DNA of 53,756 nucleotides from a virus: IMG/VR virus record IMGVR_UViG_3300018411_000004; one strand, 5' to 3'. Shown piece by piece: positions 52,501 to 53,756 of this stretch (position 1 is its first letter; each line of letters starts with the position of its first letter). The notes under the pieces were generated by a model. It saw only the letters and a program-made list of their open reading frames with translations, ran no database searches and was not told where the DNA came from. The position numbers and the translations under genes were made by a program.

Positions 52501-52530
52501 TATATTAAAAGTACGTGGAGGTACAAAGAA

Positions 52531-52743
52531 ATGAATAGAGATAAAATGGTTCGTGAATTTGGAATTGCATTATTGGCTTTTGGATGTGGTGGGTTGACAA
52601 CAACGGCGGTTATATACCAAAAATTGAAAAACCACAACAAACAAATAAAACAATACGATGACGAAATTTACAACGGTATTATGGAAATGAGAGAAATTGT
52701 AAAACAACGTGAACAAGATAGAAACGAAGGATTGGAGTCTTAA
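52531..52743 (+). CDS. Small early protein with a TM segment
   Basis: 70 aa. Start after gtacgtggaggtacaaagaa. The stop codon lies in the terminator hairpin. Confidence 0.65.
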   Translation: MNRDKMVREFGIALLAFGCGGLTTTAVIYQKLKNHNKQIKQYDDEIYNGIMEMREIVKQREQDRNEGLES

Positions 52744-52760
52744 CAGACTCTTTTCTTTTT
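52735..52760 (+). terminator. Intrinsic terminator (cassette type)
   Basis: gagtct-taac-agactc hairpin followed by ttttcttttt. Confidence 0.7.
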
Positions 52761-52771
52761 GAAGTTTACAT

Positions 52772-52800
52772 ACGCCAAAAAAACATATTGTTATATGAAG
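52772..52800 (+). promoter_or_regulatory. Early promoter-like box (ACGCCAA variant)
   Basis: acgccaa at 52772 and ttatatgaag at 52791. Confidence 0.5.
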
Positions 52801-52831
52801 AACATATTAAAAAGTACGTGGAGGTACGAAA

Positions 52832-53104
52832 ATGAAACTTATGAATTTATTTAAGAAACGATATGATTTGGTTGTGGTATTTAGAGAAAAACGAGAAGTT
52901 AGAACAGAGGAATATTTTGCAATCAGAGAGATTTTAGAATCATATCACATAAAAGGTGAAGTGGTTGAGATTTACTCTGATTCGGATTATGTAGCTATTA
53001 AAGTTGTCGTTGTCGATAATATCCAAATGATCAGAAGAGACTTAATAGAGAGATTTGGAAAATTGGAAACTCGAGTAGTTGGAAATACAATATTCATTGA
53101 CTAG
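52832..53104 (+). CDS. Small early protein
   Basis: 90 aa. Start after gtacgtggaggtacgaaa. Confidence 0.7.
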   Translation: MKLMNLFKKRYDLVVVFREKREVRTEEYFAIREILESYHIKGEVVEIYSDSDYVAIKVVVVDNIQMIRRDLIERFGKLETRVVGNTIFID

Positions 53105-53132
53105 AGTCTTAACAGACTCTTTTCTTTTTTTT
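53104..53132 (+). terminator. Intrinsic terminator (cassette type)
   Basis: gagtct-taac-agactc hairpin followed by ttttctttttttt. Confidence 0.7.
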
Positions 53133-53161
53133 GCGCGAATTTTACACACCCTTATATGAAG
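53133..53161 (+). promoter_or_regulatory. Early promoter-like box (GCGCGAA variant)
   Basis: gcgcgaa at 53133 and ttatatgaag at 53152. Confidence 0.5.
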
Positions 53162-53183
53162 TATATAATCTAGGAGGATTAAA

Positions 53184-53378
53184 ATGAAGACGAAATTAGA
53201 AAACAGTTTAGAAGCAATGGTTGCGATGTTGGCATTAAACGTTAAGGAAACAGACGGATGTTTTTTCGATAGTGAGATCTTAGCTATTAAAGCCTTATTG
53301 GAAGCTTGTGAAACATGTGTTTCTATTGTTGAATTCAGAAGTGTTTTGGATAATTATATTAAGAAGTTAGAGTCGTAA
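53184..53378 (+). CDS. Small early protein
   Basis: 64 aa, RBS taggagg. The stop codon lies in the terminator hairpin. Confidence 0.7.
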   Translation: MKTKLENSLEAMVAMLALNVKETDGCFFDSEILAIKALLEACETCVSIVEFRSVLDNYIKKLES

Positions 53379-53395
53379 CAGACTCTTTTCTTTTT
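53370..53395 (+). terminator. Intrinsic terminator (cassette type)
   Basis: gagtcg-taac-agactc hairpin followed by ttttcttttt. Confidence 0.7.
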
Positions 53396-53424
53396 ACGCC
53401 AAATAAACATATCATTATATGAAG
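53396..53424 (+). promoter_or_regulatory. Early promoter-like box (ACGCCAA variant)
   Basis: acgccaa at 53396 and ttatatgaag at 53415. Confidence 0.5.
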
Positions 53425-53453
53425 AAACTAATAAAATATAAAGGAGAATTAAA

Positions 53454-53648
53454 ATGATAAATAAGATAGTTGATAGAATTGTAAAACAGATAGATTTTGC
53501 AGGTATGTTTAAAAGACAACCTAAGAAAGAAAGTGTGTTGAAAGATTTATTCAACGATCCAGATGCATTTGAATTCAATGGTTATGTTGAAAATGGCGAA
53601 ATAAAAATTAGCATACGTAAACGTATGAAAGACGAAAAGGAAGCTTAA
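53454..53648 (+). CDS. Small early protein
   Basis: 64 aa, RBS aaaggag. The stop codon lies in the terminator hairpin. Confidence 0.7.
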   Translation: MINKIVDRIVKQIDFAGMFKRQPKKESVLKDLFNDPDAFEFNGYVENGEIKISIRKRMKDEKEA

Positions 53649-53756
53649 CAAGCTCCTTTCTCTTTTTGGCACGCGAAAATAACATATCATTATATGAAGA
53701 GAAGGCTTAGCTCAGAGGTAGAGCACTGGTGAAAACCCAGGTGTCGTGAGGTTCGA
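53634..53756. repeat. Terminal direct repeat, copy 2 (identical to 1-123)
   Basis: Read directly. It contains the second copy of the promoter box (53671-53699) and the 5' half of the tRNA-like element. Confidence 0.95.
53639..53668 (+). terminator. Intrinsic terminator (cassette type). Same sequence as 6-35
   Basis: ggaagctt-aac-aagctcc hairpin (one bulged A) followed by tttctcttttt. Confidence 0.55.

Noticed and set aside
51198-53756. CRISPR array, because of regularly spaced conserved repeats
   Set aside because: The repeat units are about 90 nt composites of terminator, promoter box and RBS. The sequences between them are 190-420-nt protein-coding genes with RBSs, not 30-40-nt spacers.

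Overview
The window is a complete dsDNA tailed-phage genome. Bases 1-123 are identical to 53634-53756, so the unique length is about 53.6 kb and the sequence closes on itself. Every convincing gene is on the + strand. I found no integrase or repressor, so it looks virulent.

Gene order around the circle:
1. Early region (about 51.2 kb, through the junction, to about 5.9 kb). Many small genes, each framed by a near-identical terminator / promoter-like box / RBS cassette. It also holds a tRNA-like element and two duplicated gene families.
2. Replication and nucleotide metabolism (6.1-20.2 kb). One 1341-aa fusion of an SF3 helicase, an AEP primase and a family-B polymerase. Also a gp2.5-like SSB ending in DDDIPF, an SF2 helicase, a Bro-N protein, an NTP pyrophosphohydrolase-like protein, dCMP deaminase, a HAD phosphatase, a ThyX-like protein, a VRR-NUC nuclease and a PD-(D/E)XK nuclease. 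This stretch also contains a run of unannotated micro-ORFs and an iteron-rich non-coding block.
3. A 928-aa single-polypeptide RNA polymerase of the two-barrel (beta-prime NADFDGD-like, YonO/RdRP-like) class (20.2-23.0 kb).
4. Packaging and morphogenesis (23.2-45.7 kb). A structured non-coding region, a small packaging protein, HNH, TerL, portal, a protease-capsid fusion, tail genes, a tape measure, Dit, and a 1473-aa tail protein with 12 ChW repeats.
5. A diversity-generating retroelement acting on the tail-fibre C-terminus (45.7-49.1 kb).
6. Holin plus a ChW-amidase endolysin (49.4-51.2 kb).

The ChW repeats and low GC content suggest a Clostridia-class host.

Most interesting candidate system: five proteins share an N-terminal H-Y-G-x-K-G-M-K/R-W-G-x-R leader in front of unrelated C-terminal domains. 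These include the RNA polymerase and an ADP-ribosyltransferase-like toxin domain, and the genes are interleaved with the packaging genes. The genome also carries about 12 copies of a fixed-spacing promoter-like box (ACGCGAA-N12-TTATATGAAG) that does not look sigma70-like. Together these suggest a virion-delivered RNA polymerase and effector set driving a phage-specific early regulon. This is inference and needs testing.
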